Virus record (IMG/VR): IMGVR_UViG_3300043432_000417
Coordinates: 1-45,140 of that record
Strand: one strand, 5' to 3'
Source of the DNA: a virus
Lineage: Duplodnaviria > Caudoviricetes
DNA length: 45,140 nucleotides
A program made the position numbers and the translations under genes. Positions 16,657-26,593 of this stretch are shown piece after piece; the stretch's first letter is position 1, and every line of letters starts with the position of its first letter. The notes beneath the pieces are model-generated. The model had not been told where the DNA came from, searched no databases, and saw only the letters and a list, made by a program, of their open reading frames with translations.

Positions 16657-17445
16657 TCAGACTCCGTATTTCGTCGTGAGATAGGTTTCGACGAGCGTTG
16701 TGTCGGGCGAGCCGAGCACCGCTGACGTGATGATGAGCTCGGCGATGTCGCCGACGAAGGCGTCGGGTGCGAAGCCGTTATCGTTTCCGCCGACCGAGAA
16801 TCGAGTAGTGCTCGCGCCGCATGTCGCGTTATTTGGGCTGAGCGTGTGCGATGCACCACCGACACGCATCGCTTGCCCGGACGCGCCGGTATTGATGATC
16901 GCGATCTGTTCCCAGTTTCCGGTGGCATTGTTCGTCGTGTCGTCACATGCCGCAACGCCAGAACAGTAAACCGCCCGCTTTCCAGATGTTGCCACACCGA
17001 AGGCGAGCGCCCATCCGTTGTAGCCATAACGCCCATCGAGCCAACACACATGGCCATCGGCGCCGCGTCGCACGACCGTGTAGCAAGTGCGTGCCGCGTC
17101 CGCGCCCGAGAGAAGCGGGCCCGCGCGATAGAGCGCGCCGATGGTGAAGGCGACGTAGGGCTTGCCGTTGGGCCCGCCGCTCGAGTGAAAGACATTCGCG
17201 GCGTCTTGCGCGTTCAGGTGGAAACCGTTGCCGCTGAGATCGGTCCACGTCGTGAGATTCGCTCCGTTGGTGCCCCCGGTGTTTCCCGCATCGAGCCAAA
17301 GAGCGAGATTCGGCAAGTCGAGCGGCGACCACGGCTTCGACTTTTTGATCGGCGAAGAAAACGGAAGGCCCGAGCCGAAGGGCGAGCATCGCACGACGTC
17401 GTCGAAGGACGGGCGCACGAGCTCGCGATCGGCCGAGAGAATCAC
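16657..17445 (-). CDS. LamG/concanavalin-like tail-associated protein
   Basis: WSPLDLPNLALWLDA...TWTDLSGNG.H...FVGDIAELII...VETYLTTKYG. Confidence 0.7.
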   Translation of the reverse strand: MILSADRELVRPSFDDVVRCSPFGSGLPFSSPIKKSKPWSPLDLPNLALWLDAGNTGGTNGANLTTWTDLSGNGFHLNAQDAANVFHSSGGPNGKPYVAFTIGALYRAGPLLSGADAARTCYTVVRRGADGHVCWLDGRYGYNGWALAFGVATSGKRAVYCSGVAACDDTTNNATGNWEQIAIINTGASGQAMRVGGASHTLSPNNATCGASTTRFSVGGNDNGFAPDAFVGDIAELIITSAVLGSPDTTLVETYLTTKYGV

Positions 17446-17996
17446 GATGCTTCACTCACGATCTGAATCTGCACGGTCAGCGTCCACTGCATGACTTCCG
17501 TTGCCGTGCCGATGGTGTGGATGGTCGCGTCGTTGCTCGAGAGATCGAAGGACACGTCGCACGTGCCGTGTGAGACCTTCACCGTTTTCTCATCGGCCGC
17601 GATGTATGCCGCCGCGCCCGTGTCGTGCCGCTTCACTTGCCGGCGGATGTCGGCAAGGAAGACGTCGCCGGCGGTGTTCACGCCGAGCGCCGTCACGACG
17701 AGATCGGCCACCGTATCGGGCGGCACCGAGAAGACCGTCGAGACGACGTTTTGTCCGGGGCTATCTTTCGTCTGTACTTCGATGATGCGTGACTTCGCTC
17801 GAGCGTTGACGCCGAAGCTCGCGTCGTCGAGCGGGAGCGCGCCGGTCGGTGCAAAGGCGAGCTCGGTCTCGTCGAGATCGGGGTGCTCGATGACCGTGAA
17901 GCCCGTGCCCGTGATGTTGAGCTGCTTGCCCGTCGGCGCTTCGCCATTGATGATCGGCGCGACGAGGTACCGATCGAGATAGCTGCCCGCGCTCAT
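17442..17996 (-). CDS. Putative tail structural protein
   Basis: Beta-rich; coupled within the tail fibre region. Confidence 0.55.
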   Translation of the reverse strand: MSAGSYLDRYLVAPIINGEAPTGKQLNITGTGFTVIEHPDLDETELAFAPTGALPLDDASFGVNARAKSRIIEVQTKDSPGQNVVSTVFSVPPDTVADLVVTALGVNTAGDVFLADIRRQVKRHDTGAAAYIAADEKTVKVSHGTCDVSFDLSSNDATIHTIGTATEVMQWTLTVQIQIVSEAS

Positions 17997-19174
17997 GAAA
18001 TCACCTCCCCGACGTAGCCGATGCGGATCGAGCTGAAGGCATTCTTCGCGACGTTGTTCGTAAAGAGAAGTTGCCCACCGCCGGCCGCGAGATGCATCGT
18101 CGTGACCGTCGCCGGAAGTCGGCGCGCTTCAAACTTCCACGTAACGCCGCGATCGAGCGAGTAGGCGATCCGCTGGTCCTCGCCGAGAAGCACGAGAAGC
18201 TCACCGAGCGCAACGATGCCATGACATTTCCACCCGTTGATGGTCGCGACGGCCGTCCACGTAACGCCGTCGTCGGTGCTTTCGTAGACGTACAAACGCG
18301 GGGTTACCGACGATCCTGCCACGTACCAGCGCTTGGCTTCTTTGTTGAAGGCCGGCTTCGAGATGAGCACGAGATCTTGCGGCGGTGCGATTTGGTGATT
18401 CGTCCAATTCGCGCCGCCGTCGGTCGAGCGCATCACGTTCAGTTTCTGCACGCTTCCGCTTGCGTCGTAGAAGCACGCGAGCGTCGTGCCGGTCGCTTGC
18501 CCGCGAGAGCATCCGACTTCGCAATTGTTCGTACCGGTGTAGCCCGTCCACGCCGCGGGAAGCGACGCCGCCGGCGTGAAGGTCGGGCCCGCATTCCAAT
18601 GCTCGGCATGAAACCCGAGCACGCCGTTGCGATAGACGACAATGAAGTTGCCGCTGATTTCATCCCAATCGACGACGGGAGCGCCGGCGGCGACGGCAAT
18701 CATGTTCGCGCCGTTCGTCCAATTGCCACCCGAGCTCAAGGATCCATAGCCCGCGAAGACGCCGAGATAGACGTTGCGAGAGCCCTTGTTGACGATGACG
18801 AGATCGCCCGTCGTTTGGTTGCATGCGACGTCGTAGCAAGGAAGGGCGCCGCCGAGCGCGCCCGAAAGGTCCTCGAAATTGTTGATCGCCGAGTCTTGGC
18901 TTCGCTCGAATTGGTCGGTGCCGGGATCGTCGCCGACGATGTACCAAGTTTGCTCGACCTCGGAATACACGGCGCGGGTCTGATTGAAATTCGTTGTGAC
19001 CGCCTTGTGCCAATTGATCGCCGGCACCGGGAGGATTTTGAGCTTCAACCATTTCGTACGATTCGCGAGCGCTTCGAGCGCCGGATTCCACTCGGCCGCT
19101 TCTTCGGGCGTGCTGTCGTCGATCTCGGGAAACTCGATGGGGAAGTCGTCGGTGCCTTGGATGTAGGTCGTCAC
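17993..19174 (-). CDS. Tail fibre protein with BNR/Asp-box propeller
   Basis: N-terminal ALEALANRTKWLK anchor motif; RSTDGGANW, ESTDDGVTW, YSLDRGVTW. Confidence 0.7.
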   Translation of the reverse strand: MTTYIQGTDDFPIEFPEIDDSTPEEAAEWNPALEALANRTKWLKLKILPVPAINWHKAVTTNFNQTRAVYSEVEQTWYIVGDDPGTDQFERSQDSAINNFEDLSGALGGALPCYDVACNQTTGDLVIVNKGSRNVYLGVFAGYGSLSSGGNWTNGANMIAVAAGAPVVDWDEISGNFIVVYRNGVLGFHAEHWNAGPTFTPAASLPAAWTGYTGTNNCEVGCSRGQATGTTLACFYDASGSVQKLNVMRSTDGGANWTNHQIAPPQDLVLISKPAFNKEAKRWYVAGSSVTPRLYVYESTDDGVTWTAVATINGWKCHGIVALGELLVLLGEDQRIAYSLDRGVTWKFEARRLPATVTTMHLAAGGGQLLFTNNVAKNAFSSIRIGYVGEVIS

Positions 19175-20040
19175 GGTGTGGGCCCTCCTTGATAGTACGG
19201 CGACGGCTCCCAATAGCGGCAACCGGTGAAGCGCGAGCGAATCATGCGATCGGGATTCGCGGGGTCTCGCCTTCCCCATTTTCCGAAGAAGCCATCGGGC
19301 ATCGTTGCCATGCTGCTTGGATCAAAAAGCGCCGGATTGTAGGTGAAGATGATGCACACGACGCGCGAGCTTCCACGCTTCCAATCGGTGAGAAGCCCCT
19401 TGATCGCATCGACGTCGACGCGTGGCACGAGATGGCCGACGCCCTTGTCGGGATCGCTTCCGATCGTGCCGCCGCTTCCCCAATCGGCACGCACGGGCCA
19501 CGGCGGCGTATAGACGACGAGCCAAAGCTCGGACCATCGTTGCGCCGGCGTGAGCTTCGCGGTGAGCGCTTCGTAATCGGGATTGTTCTGCGAATCCCAA
19601 TCCCACCCCGTGCCGAATTGCGTGTCGGTCGTACCGTCGACGTTCACGGTGACCATCGTTCCAGCACGATTGAAGCTCTTCACTTTCACGCCGCCGCAAT
19701 AGTGCGAGACCGCCTTCGCCAGCGCGAGCTGTTGACCGGCGCGCTTCCAGAGATCGCGCCACTGGCGAAGGTACGCCGCGAAAGCCGCCGTCGTTTCGCC
19801 GATGCCCCGAAGAAGCCCGCGACTTCGACCGATGAGCGAGAGCGCCGTCGGTGTCCCGAGCCCCGGCCACCATGTTTGGATGCTCTCGACGAGCACGTCT
19901 TGCCCGATGTCGAGCACGACGACCATCGTCCAAAGAAACCGCCACGCGACCGTGCGACCCGATTGCAAGCGCGCCGAAAGCCATTTCGGAACGATGCGCG
20001 CGAGCGCGTCGACGAAGCGGCGATTCAAGGGCGCGCTCAT
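19171..20040 (-). CDS. Baseplate wedge/tail protein (gpI-like position)
   Basis: Follows baseplate J; LSLIGRSRGLLRG..ET...FAAYL. Confidence 0.6.
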   Translation of the reverse strand: MSAPLNRRFVDALARIVPKWLSARLQSGRTVAWRFLWTMVVVLDIGQDVLVESIQTWWPGLGTPTALSLIGRSRGLLRGIGETTAAFAAYLRQWRDLWKRAGQQLALAKAVSHYCGGVKVKSFNRAGTMVTVNVDGTTDTQFGTGWDWDSQNNPDYEALTAKLTPAQRWSELWLVVYTPPWPVRADWGSGGTIGSDPDKGVGHLVPRVDVDAIKGLLTDWKRGSSRVVCIIFTYNPALFDPSSMATMPDGFFGKWGRRDPANPDRMIRSRFTGCRYWEPSPYYQGGPTP

Positions 20041-21230
20041 GCCGCGAAGTCCTCGGTGATGCGCACGACGATCGTCGTTGCGAGCGCGGCGACTTGGCCG
20101 ATGTTGAGCGGGAGATCGCCTCCCGAATTCTCGACGAGCCAAATCGTGTCGAGCACCGTCTCGTCGGCTTTGGTCGTGTCGACGGTAACGCGGTCGGCCG
20201 CTTCGGCGAGCGATTGCGCGAAGAGATAGCCTTGCGTCGCTGACGGCTTGGTACGTCCACCGATGGGGTATTCGGCGATGAACGGGATGAGACGCCTATC
20301 GACGGCGGCTTCGATGTCGTTCGCCGCGATGCCCTTTGTTTTCTTCGCGTACACGGTGAGCGTCGCCGTGTAGTTCACTTGCGTCGCCGAGTGGAGCTCG
20401 AAGGTGTCGGTGTCCGGCCGAGCCTTGTCTTCGACGTTCGCGACGATGGCCGTGAGTTCGGGTGCCGTGACCGCACCCGACGGCGATGCGACGTAGGCGA
20501 GCTCGCGCCCCGTCGACGAGAAGGGTTGAAGGTAAACGCGGTTGACGTTGACGCTGGTCCCGTTCGGGAGAAGAGCGCTTCGGATGGCGAAGCGGTAGGC
20601 GCCGCGCGGGCCGAAGGGCGAGAGCGCCCCGAGCGAATCGCGATCGCGTTGCCGAAGGTCTTCGTCGCTCTCTTCATCCTGCCCGACGACGGCGGCGACA
20701 TTGGTGACCGTGCCGTCGGTGATGTTCGACACGATCGTATCGATCGCCGCCGGCGCCGCGTTGCTCGCCGTGCCGAGCTCGAGCGCGATGATGGGCACGT
20801 CGAGCGTATCGCCGGGATTGAAATTGCCGATGAGCGGGAACCGCTGCGAATTCGTGTAGACCTTGCCCGACGCAAGGCTCTTGCACTTGAACTCGCCGAT
20901 CTCGAAGGCGTAGACGCCGCCCCCGCCGTTGTGCACGGTGACGGTGCCGGTTGCGAAGGTGGCGACGATGCGCGTGACGCCGTATACGAATTTCGAGAGA
21001 AGCGTGAGCCATCCGCCCGTAGCCGTGTCGAGATAGCCCGCCTTCGCGATGATCGAGATGATGCTCGCGAAGCCCGCATAGAGCACCGCGACGATGCGAA
21101 GGATCGTCCGTGCGACGCCGCCCTTGCGCCACGAATTCGCCGGCACCCCGGTCGACTCGAGCGTCGCGATGAACGTGTTGAAGATCTCGTCTTCGGTCGG
21201 TGGCGTGAAGAGCTCGTCGATGGTCAGCAT
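20037..21230 (-). CDS. Baseplate J/gp47-like protein
   Basis: YLDTATGGWL.L...YGVTR..ATFATG...GQDEESDEDLRQR...G...AY. Confidence 0.85.
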   Translation of the reverse strand: MLTIDELFTPPTEDEIFNTFIATLESTGVPANSWRKGGVARTILRIVAVLYAGFASIISIIAKAGYLDTATGGWLTLLSKFVYGVTRIVATFATGTVTVHNGGGGVYAFEIGEFKCKSLASGKVYTNSQRFPLIGNFNPGDTLDVPIIALELGTASNAAPAAIDTIVSNITDGTVTNVAAVVGQDEESDEDLRQRDRDSLGALSPFGPRGAYRFAIRSALLPNGTSVNVNRVYLQPFSSTGRELAYVASPSGAVTAPELTAIVANVEDKARPDTDTFELHSATQVNYTATLTVYAKKTKGIAANDIEAAVDRRLIPFIAEYPIGGRTKPSATQGYLFAQSLAEAADRVTVDTTKADETVLDTIWLVENSGGDLPLNIGQVAALATTIVVRITEDFAA

Positions 21231-21231
21231 C

Positions 21232-21591
21232 TCATGGCCCCGTGAGTTTTCCGGTCACCGTGACCGTTGCCGTGCCGAGCGTTTCGTCGGTCGGCTGGAT
21301 TTGCACTTCGAGTCGTGGGTTGCCGTCTTCGTCTTGGGTGAGCGTGGCTTTCGCCGCGACGACGCGATCGTCGAGCTGCACTTGATGCTCGGCGAGCCCC
21401 GGCACGCTCGCGAGATTGGCTTCGTCGTCCGAGAGAACATCGTCGAGCCCGAGCCCGCGCGTTACGTCATCGAGGTTCGATCCAAGGGTCTCGATGAGCA
21501 CGTGATAGACGTCTTGCTCGAGCTCTTCGAGCTCGCTCTCGGTCTCGTCGGCAAAGAGCGACATATCATCCAAGCATCGAAGGTCGGTCAT
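21232..21591 (-). CDS. gp25/gpW-like baseplate wedge (sheath initiator)
   Basis: LEQDVYHVL....GS..D...RGLGL...DDRV; upstream of baseplate J. Confidence 0.6.
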   Translation of the reverse strand: MTDLRCLDDMSLFADETESELEELEQDVYHVLIETLGSNLDDVTRGLGLDDVLSDDEANLASVPGLAEHQVQLDDRVVAAKATLTQDEDGNPRLEVQIQPTDETLGTATVTVTGKLTGP

Positions 21592-22823
21592 GTGCCCGTC
21601 ACTTTCAATGTGGGGATGAGCGCGAGCTCGCCCGACACAATCCCGAGAAGCGTCGTGATGAGTGCATTCTTCGCGGGCGCATAGACGGAAAAGGTCACGC
21701 TCGTCGGCGGCGTCGTGAGAAGCGACGCGTCGGCCGTGTGGAATGCAACGAAGGCGGCGAAGATGATGGCGAGCGGCGTCGAATGAGCGAGCGGCGTGGC
21801 GCTATCGTCGCCGAGCTCGACCTTCGTCGTTGCGTGCACGCGCCGAATCAATGGATCGGCGCCGTCGAAACCGAGCACGAAGGGTCGCGACGGATCGCCT
21901 TCTACGAAGAACACGTTGCACGTCGTTCCCGGCGTGTGCTGCGCCGAATCGCCCGCCATGCCCGGGAAGATCGAGATCGGAAGGGTGTCGGGAATGCCCG
22001 ATGTCTTGCGAATCGCTTGCAAGAAGAGTCGACCATCGGGCCCTTGCTTCGTGATGCGGTAGCGGAAGCACTTGAGATGCTCGAGCCCGCCGAGCTCGCG
22101 GATGGCCGTCGTGAGAAGGCCGATAAGGCGCGACGAATCGACCGCCGGCTTCTTTCCGAGCATGCACATCGCCGTGATGCGAGCGCCGGCGGCGTCGAAG
22201 ATGTGCTCGACGTCGCGCACCGTCGCCGTGTGCGGATCGTCGCCGATGCGAGGGTCTTTCAACACGGTCCCTGGAAGCAAAAGCGACTCGCCCGCGAGCT
22301 CGGCGACACGTTGGTACGGATCCCACATCAAGAGATCGTAGTCGTCGGGCATCGTCGCCGTCGGCCGCTCGGCGACTTGTGTGATGCCCTTGTCGTCGAT
22401 GTACCAGGCCCGATCCTTGAGCACGCGCACCGCGGGGAGCTTGCTCGAGCGGATGTAATCCACATCGAGATCGACGGGGCTCGAGTCGACCGCTGACTCG
22501 CCGACCGATGCCGCCGTCGACGTGATGACGACATCGCTCTTCACGCCGGCGTCGTTGTGGAAGGTTTGCTCTGGCGGGAATTTATCCCATCCGGCGCCGC
22601 CGGCGACGACGCGAAGGCTTCCCTTCTCACCGAAGCGACCGCTCGCCCGAGCATCGACGGTGCCGATGAGCTTCGCGTCGTTGATGGCGAGCACGACCTT
22701 GCCCGATGGCATGGGCTTGTCGCTTCCGATGTCGAGCTCGACGTCGGCGACCCATGCGCCGACCCACGGCACGAAGAGCCGCATTCGCGTTGCCTGAACA
22801 TCGTTGATGAGAAGCGAGCCCAT
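21588..22823 (-). CDS. Baseplate hub fused to spike-like OB-fold region
   Basis: Position in the tail module; C-terminal PGTTCNVFFVEGDPSRPFVLGF resembles the gpV/gp45 OB motif. Confidence 0.6.
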   Translation of the reverse strand: MGSLLINDVQATRMRLFVPWVGAWVADVELDIGSDKPMPSGKVVLAINDAKLIGTVDARASGRFGEKGSLRVVAGGAGWDKFPPEQTFHNDAGVKSDVVITSTAASVGESAVDSSPVDLDVDYIRSSKLPAVRVLKDRAWYIDDKGITQVAERPTATMPDDYDLLMWDPYQRVAELAGESLLLPGTVLKDPRIGDDPHTATVRDVEHIFDAAGARITAMCMLGKKPAVDSSRLIGLLTTAIRELGGLEHLKCFRYRITKQGPDGRLFLQAIRKTSGIPDTLPISIFPGMAGDSAQHTPGTTCNVFFVEGDPSRPFVLGFDGADPLIRRVHATTKVELGDDSATPLAHSTPLAIIFAAFVAFHTADASLLTTPPTSVTFSVYAPAKNALITTLLGIVSGELALIPTLKVTGT

Positions 22824-23485
22824 TATTGCGCCTGCTTCTTCGCGAGCTCGTCTTCAAGCTGCTTTGCTTGAAGCTGCAATTTCTGGATTTCTTCTTCGGC
22901 TTTGTCCCGCGCCGTCGGTGCCGCCTTCGCCGCGTCAGGAATCTTTTGCGTCGGCCGCGCGAGCACGACAACCGGCGGTCGCCACACGATGACCTTGATC
23001 GTGCAGCCATACATGCCGCTCTCGGCGTCTTCGTGTTGCTCCCATTGCGAGACGTCTTCGACGACGAGAGCGGTGATGCCGAGCATTGCCAAGAAGGGCG
23101 AGTAGACGCCGAGCGCCTTCGGCTGTTTGAAGCTGAGAAACGGATTGGCCGACGTAAGGAGCGCTTGCGGGCTCGGGCGAGCGGGCTCTTCGAGGTACTT
23201 CTTGAAAAATACCTTCCACTCGTCGACTTGGGTTTGCGTCCACACGGTGACGTCGACCTCGAAGCTCGAGAGATCGGCGCCCATGTAGACGAGCGTCCGG
23301 CCCGACAGGCCGTAGCCCGCGCGCTTATCCCAAATGCGCGGCGTCCCGGCGCCGCGTGCGATCGCGATGCCGGGACACCAATCGCCGGCGATGCGGATCG
23401 AGTCGCCCTCGACGCGCGAGTCGCGATCGAACGAGATCGGCCGCGTGAACTCGACGATCGGATCGAAGTCGCCGCTCGAATTCAT
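22823..23485 (-). CDS. Tail tube initiator-like protein
   Basis: Immediately downstream of the tape measure gene; WDKRAGYGLSG motif. Confidence 0.5.
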   Translation of the reverse strand: MNSSGDFDPIVEFTRPISFDRDSRVEGDSIRIAGDWCPGIAIARGAGTPRIWDKRAGYGLSGRTLVYMGADLSSFEVDVTVWTQTQVDEWKVFFKKYLEEPARPSPQALLTSANPFLSFKQPKALGVYSPFLAMLGITALVVEDVSQWEQHEDAESGMYGCTIKVIVWRPPVVVLARPTQKIPDAAKAAPTARDKAEEEIQKLQLQAKQLEDELAKKQAQ

Positions 23486-25425
23486 GCGGGCTCACCTTCG
23501 TCGAGCGAGATGCCCGCCGCGCGGCAAAGCTCTTCGAGCGTGGCGGTGAGCTTCGCGAAGTTGGGAGACTGCATGACAGTCTCGGCCGTCTTTTGCGAAT
23601 CAACGTGGAGCTCGAGCACGACCTTAGACGGTCCGCCCCGACCACCGCGCGCCGGCGGTCCTTTGGGGGGAGCTTGCACCGCCGGGACGGCCATCGGTTC
23701 GCCGGCGAAGGCTTCTTCACTGGCTTTGCGCGCGTCGACGAAGAGCTTCGGTGGCGAGTGCCACCCGATCGCATCACGAAACCCGCCCTCGATGCCGCCG
23801 CCGAGCTTCTTGCCGATGTCGAGACCAGTGCCAGCCGGATTCGCCGCGTTCTTGATGCCCGCCGGAAGTTGGTCGAGTTTCTTGATGAGTTTCGCGGCTT
23901 GGTCGTATGCGTTCTTGAGCGCGAGCGTGAAGGCAACGATCGGCGCGGCCATCGTGACGAGCGAGCCCGCGAAGCCGAGCACCGCCACGGTCAAGCCCCA
24001 TACGACTGCTTGCCCGATGACCATCGCGGTTTGAAACCAGTCGATATCACTCTTCACCTTCTGATTTCCGAAGGTGTCGACGAGCGCGATCCGAAGCTTC
24101 AGGTAGCCGATGTAGAGCTTGTAGGCGCCGATGATCATGCCCTCGATGAACGCTCGAGCGATGGGTGCCGCGGCGTGGAAAGCGTCGATAGTCCCTTGCC
24201 CGAGCGACGTGACGAGTTGCTTGATGGCGGCGCCCGAGACCGTCGACGGTGAAAGCGTCGCGAAGAGATCTTGGATGTCTTTGAGAAGCGGCTCGAGATT
24301 GATGTCGCTCGTGAGCGCCGCGAGATTTTCGTGAAACTTCTTCTCGAGGTTTTCGAGCGAGAGCATCTTCGCGAGATTGAGCTTGCCGAAGCGCGCTTCG
24401 ACGGCGGTGCGCATCGCTTCGGCTGCGTCGCCTAGCTTGACGCGACCTTGCAAGAGCGCGGTTTGTGCATCCTGCACGCTTACGTGCATTTGCCCCGCAA
24501 GCGCGCTCGAGATGTCGCCGAAGTCGATGCCCGAGCCGATCAATTCCATAGGATTGATGCCGACGAGCCCCGTCATCTTTCCGCGCTCGAGCACTTCGCG
24601 CACTTTGTTCGCGGTCTCGTCGCCCGCGGCGGCTTGAGCTTGCGCGACGGCGTTGTAGGTGTCGACGAGCACTTGCCCTTGAAGGAATGTGCCGCGGTTT
24701 GCCTTGTCGAGCGAGATGGCGAGATCGTTGAGCTCGGCTTTCGCCGTCGGCACCTTCGCCGCGAGCGCGTCGACTTGACTCCCGAGCGCTCGAGCGTTGT
24801 CCGCGCTCCCCGCGAAGGCCGCTCGAGCAAGATTCATGTTGCGTGCGGCATCGGCGCTACCGACGACCCATTTCGTGAACGCCGCGGCGCCGGCGATGCC
24901 GAAGGCGACGGCCGCAACGGTGAGAGCTGCGAGTGCGGCGATGAGAGCGACGGCGCCGCTCGCGACGAGAGCGAGCGCGCCTTCGCTCGATGCCGCCGAC
25001 TTGCCGAGCTTGTCGAATTGGTCGACGAGCCCCTTGAGCGGACCCTTCGCCGCATCGGCGGCGTCCTTCGACTTCTGGATTTGCTCGGCTTCGCGCGTCT
25101 TCGCGAGCTTGTCTTTCTCCTTGGCGAGCTCTTTCGCGCGCGTGGCAAGCTTGTCGTAGGACACGCCCGCCTTGAGAAGCTCGATGTTGCCGGCGGTGAC
25201 GGCGGTCTTCTCTTGCGCGATCTTTGCGCGCAATTGCTCGGCCGCGTCCTTCGCGCCGGCGCTCGAGCCCTTGATGCGGCGAAGCTGGCTCTCGTACTGG
25301 CGGATCGCCCCCTCACTCTTCGCCATTTGCGCGCGAAGCTTCTCGAAGGCATTCGCGGTCTCTTCGGCGACGTCGCCCGCGGAGCCATCGAGATTTAGGG
25401 TGAAGGTTGTCTTTTCATCCGCCAT
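23482..25425 (-). CDS. Tape measure protein (short, 647 aa)
   Basis: Ala/Lys-rich helical protein with hydrophobic segments; follows the chaperone genes; ends ..IGWHSP.K.F. Confidence 0.8.
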   Translation of the reverse strand: MADEKTTFTLNLDGSAGDVAEETANAFEKLRAQMAKSEGAIRQYESQLRRIKGSSAGAKDAAEQLRAKIAQEKTAVTAGNIELLKAGVSYDKLATRAKELAKEKDKLAKTREAEQIQKSKDAADAAKGPLKGLVDQFDKLGKSAASSEGALALVASGAVALIAALAALTVAAVAFGIAGAAAFTKWVVGSADAARNMNLARAAFAGSADNARALGSQVDALAAKVPTAKAELNDLAISLDKANRGTFLQGQVLVDTYNAVAQAQAAAGDETANKVREVLERGKMTGLVGINPMELIGSGIDFGDISSALAGQMHVSVQDAQTALLQGRVKLGDAAEAMRTAVEARFGKLNLAKMLSLENLEKKFHENLAALTSDINLEPLLKDIQDLFATLSPSTVSGAAIKQLVTSLGQGTIDAFHAAAPIARAFIEGMIIGAYKLYIGYLKLRIALVDTFGNQKVKSDIDWFQTAMVIGQAVVWGLTVAVLGFAGSLVTMAAPIVAFTLALKNAYDQAAKLIKKLDQLPAGIKNAANPAGTGLDIGKKLGGGIEGGFRDAIGWHSPPKLFVDARKASEEAFAGEPMAVPAVQAPPKGPPARGGRGGPSKVVLELHVDSQKTAETVMQSPNFAKLTATLEELCRAAGISLDEGEPA

Positions 25426-25633
25426 TGATTCGCCTCGTCTTCACGCCGAGCAAGCCCTCGAAGAAGAGTGTCGCGCCGACCGTCGCCTGATTTTCTTCGT
25501 CCTGGGTGACCTTTCTGTCTTCGATGAGATCGCGCACGCCTTCTCGAATCGCTTCGCGAAAGCACTCCCGGATGCAATCGGCGCCGAGAAAGGGGTCGGC
25601 GCGGGCTTGGTCCAAGAGTGCCGTTATTTTCCC
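25415..25633 (-). CDS. Tail assembly chaperone -1 frameshift extension (gpT-like)
   Basis: The -1 frame from G GGA AAA reads ITALLDQARADPFLGADCIRECF... and ends overlapping the tape measure start. Confidence 0.7.
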   Translation of the reverse strand, partial: GKITALLDQARADPFLGADCIRECFREAIREGVRDLIEDRKVTQDEENQATVGATLFFEGLLGVKTRRINGG

Positions 25634-26097
25634 ATCGCGGCGTCTCTGTCTCCTTGGTAGAGCGCGATGAGCCGCGCGACTCCGACGGCGACGAGCCCGG
25701 CGTGCTTGTCGACGAGCTCTTCAAACCGCTCGAGCGGCGGCGCCACGATCGACGGTTGAAGAAAGGAATGCATCGTCTCGAGCGACGGCATGTCGTTCTT
25801 CTCGCGCTTCGCCGCCTGGTACCGCTTGTATTGCGCCGGCCCGCCGAGCTTGATGACGATGGGCTCGGCGCTCGTCTCGACGATCGCGAAGGCAACGCCC
25901 TCTTCGCCGAGTTCTTCTTCGTACTTCTTGCGCGCCTTGCGCACCGCGAGCTCGCGCACCTTGTCGGCGTTCCGCTTCTTCTTCTCTTTCTCGTCGTCTT
26001 CGGCCCGAAGAAGCGCGAGCTCTTCGTCGACGCTGAGGGGTTTGTCGGTGCCGTTCTTTGCAGGCGCCTGCATTTGGGGGGTGGGGTTCTGAGTCAC
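25624..26097 (-). CDS. Tail assembly chaperone (gpG-like)
   Basis: Between tail tube and tape measure; GTGA-coupled; ends at the slippery site. Confidence 0.75.
   Translation of the reverse strand: MTQNPTPQMQAPAKNGTDKPLSVDEELALLRAEDDEKEKKKRNADKVRELAVRKARKKYEEELGEEGVAFAIVETSAEPIVIKLGGPAQYKRYQAAKREKNDMPSLETMHSFLQPSIVAPPLERFEELVDKHAGLVAVGVARLIALYQGDRDAAMGK
25627..25633 (-). other. Programmed -1 ribosomal frameshift slippery heptamer GGGAAAA
   Basis: In-frame ATG GGA AAA TAA at the end of the chaperone gene fits X XXY YYZ. Confidence 0.8.
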
Positions 26098-26591
26098 GGG
26101 AGACCTCGTGTGACGCTGAAGAGGGAGATGCCGTTGATGAACATCGCCATCGGTTGAAGGGTCGCTTCGAGCACGGCGCCTTCGACGCCATCCTCGGTCG
26201 TGATGTTTCGCTTGATGAGTCGGCATCGGCTCATCACGAGCGACACGGGTTGGCCGGTCGCCTCTTCGAAGAGCTGCACGAAGACCGGCGCGAGCGTGCG
26301 ACCGCTCGAGCCGAGCCCATCGTGAAAGATGCTCTCGACGCCGATCGGGAATCGCGTCGTGCCGCCCGTCCACGCTTCCATGAGGTACTTCGCCGTCACG
26401 GTCGACGGTTTGTACTTGCCGGCGGTCATGCCGATCGGAAGACCGTCGCGCCGCGCGCACCACACGAGTGTTTGCTCGATCTCGTCGGCCATCGACATCG
26501 AGGTAAGCCCCACGGTGCGGAGCGTTCCCACGCGGTGGATGACCGAATTCCACGAGTAGACCGCATCATTCAATCGAACCGTCGGATCCAT
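26094..26591 (-). CDS. Tail tube protein
   Basis: Follows the sheath; RLNDAVYSW.S...PIGMTAGKY. Confidence 0.75.
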   Translation of the reverse strand: MDPTVRLNDAVYSWNSVIHRVGTLRTVGLTSMSMADEIEQTLVWCARRDGLPIGMTAGKYKPSTVTAKYLMEAWTGGTTRFPIGVESIFHDGLGSSGRTLAPVFVQLFEEATGQPVSLVMSRCRLIKRNITTEDGVEGAVLEATLQPMAMFINGISLFSVTRGLP

Positions 26592-26593
26592 GG

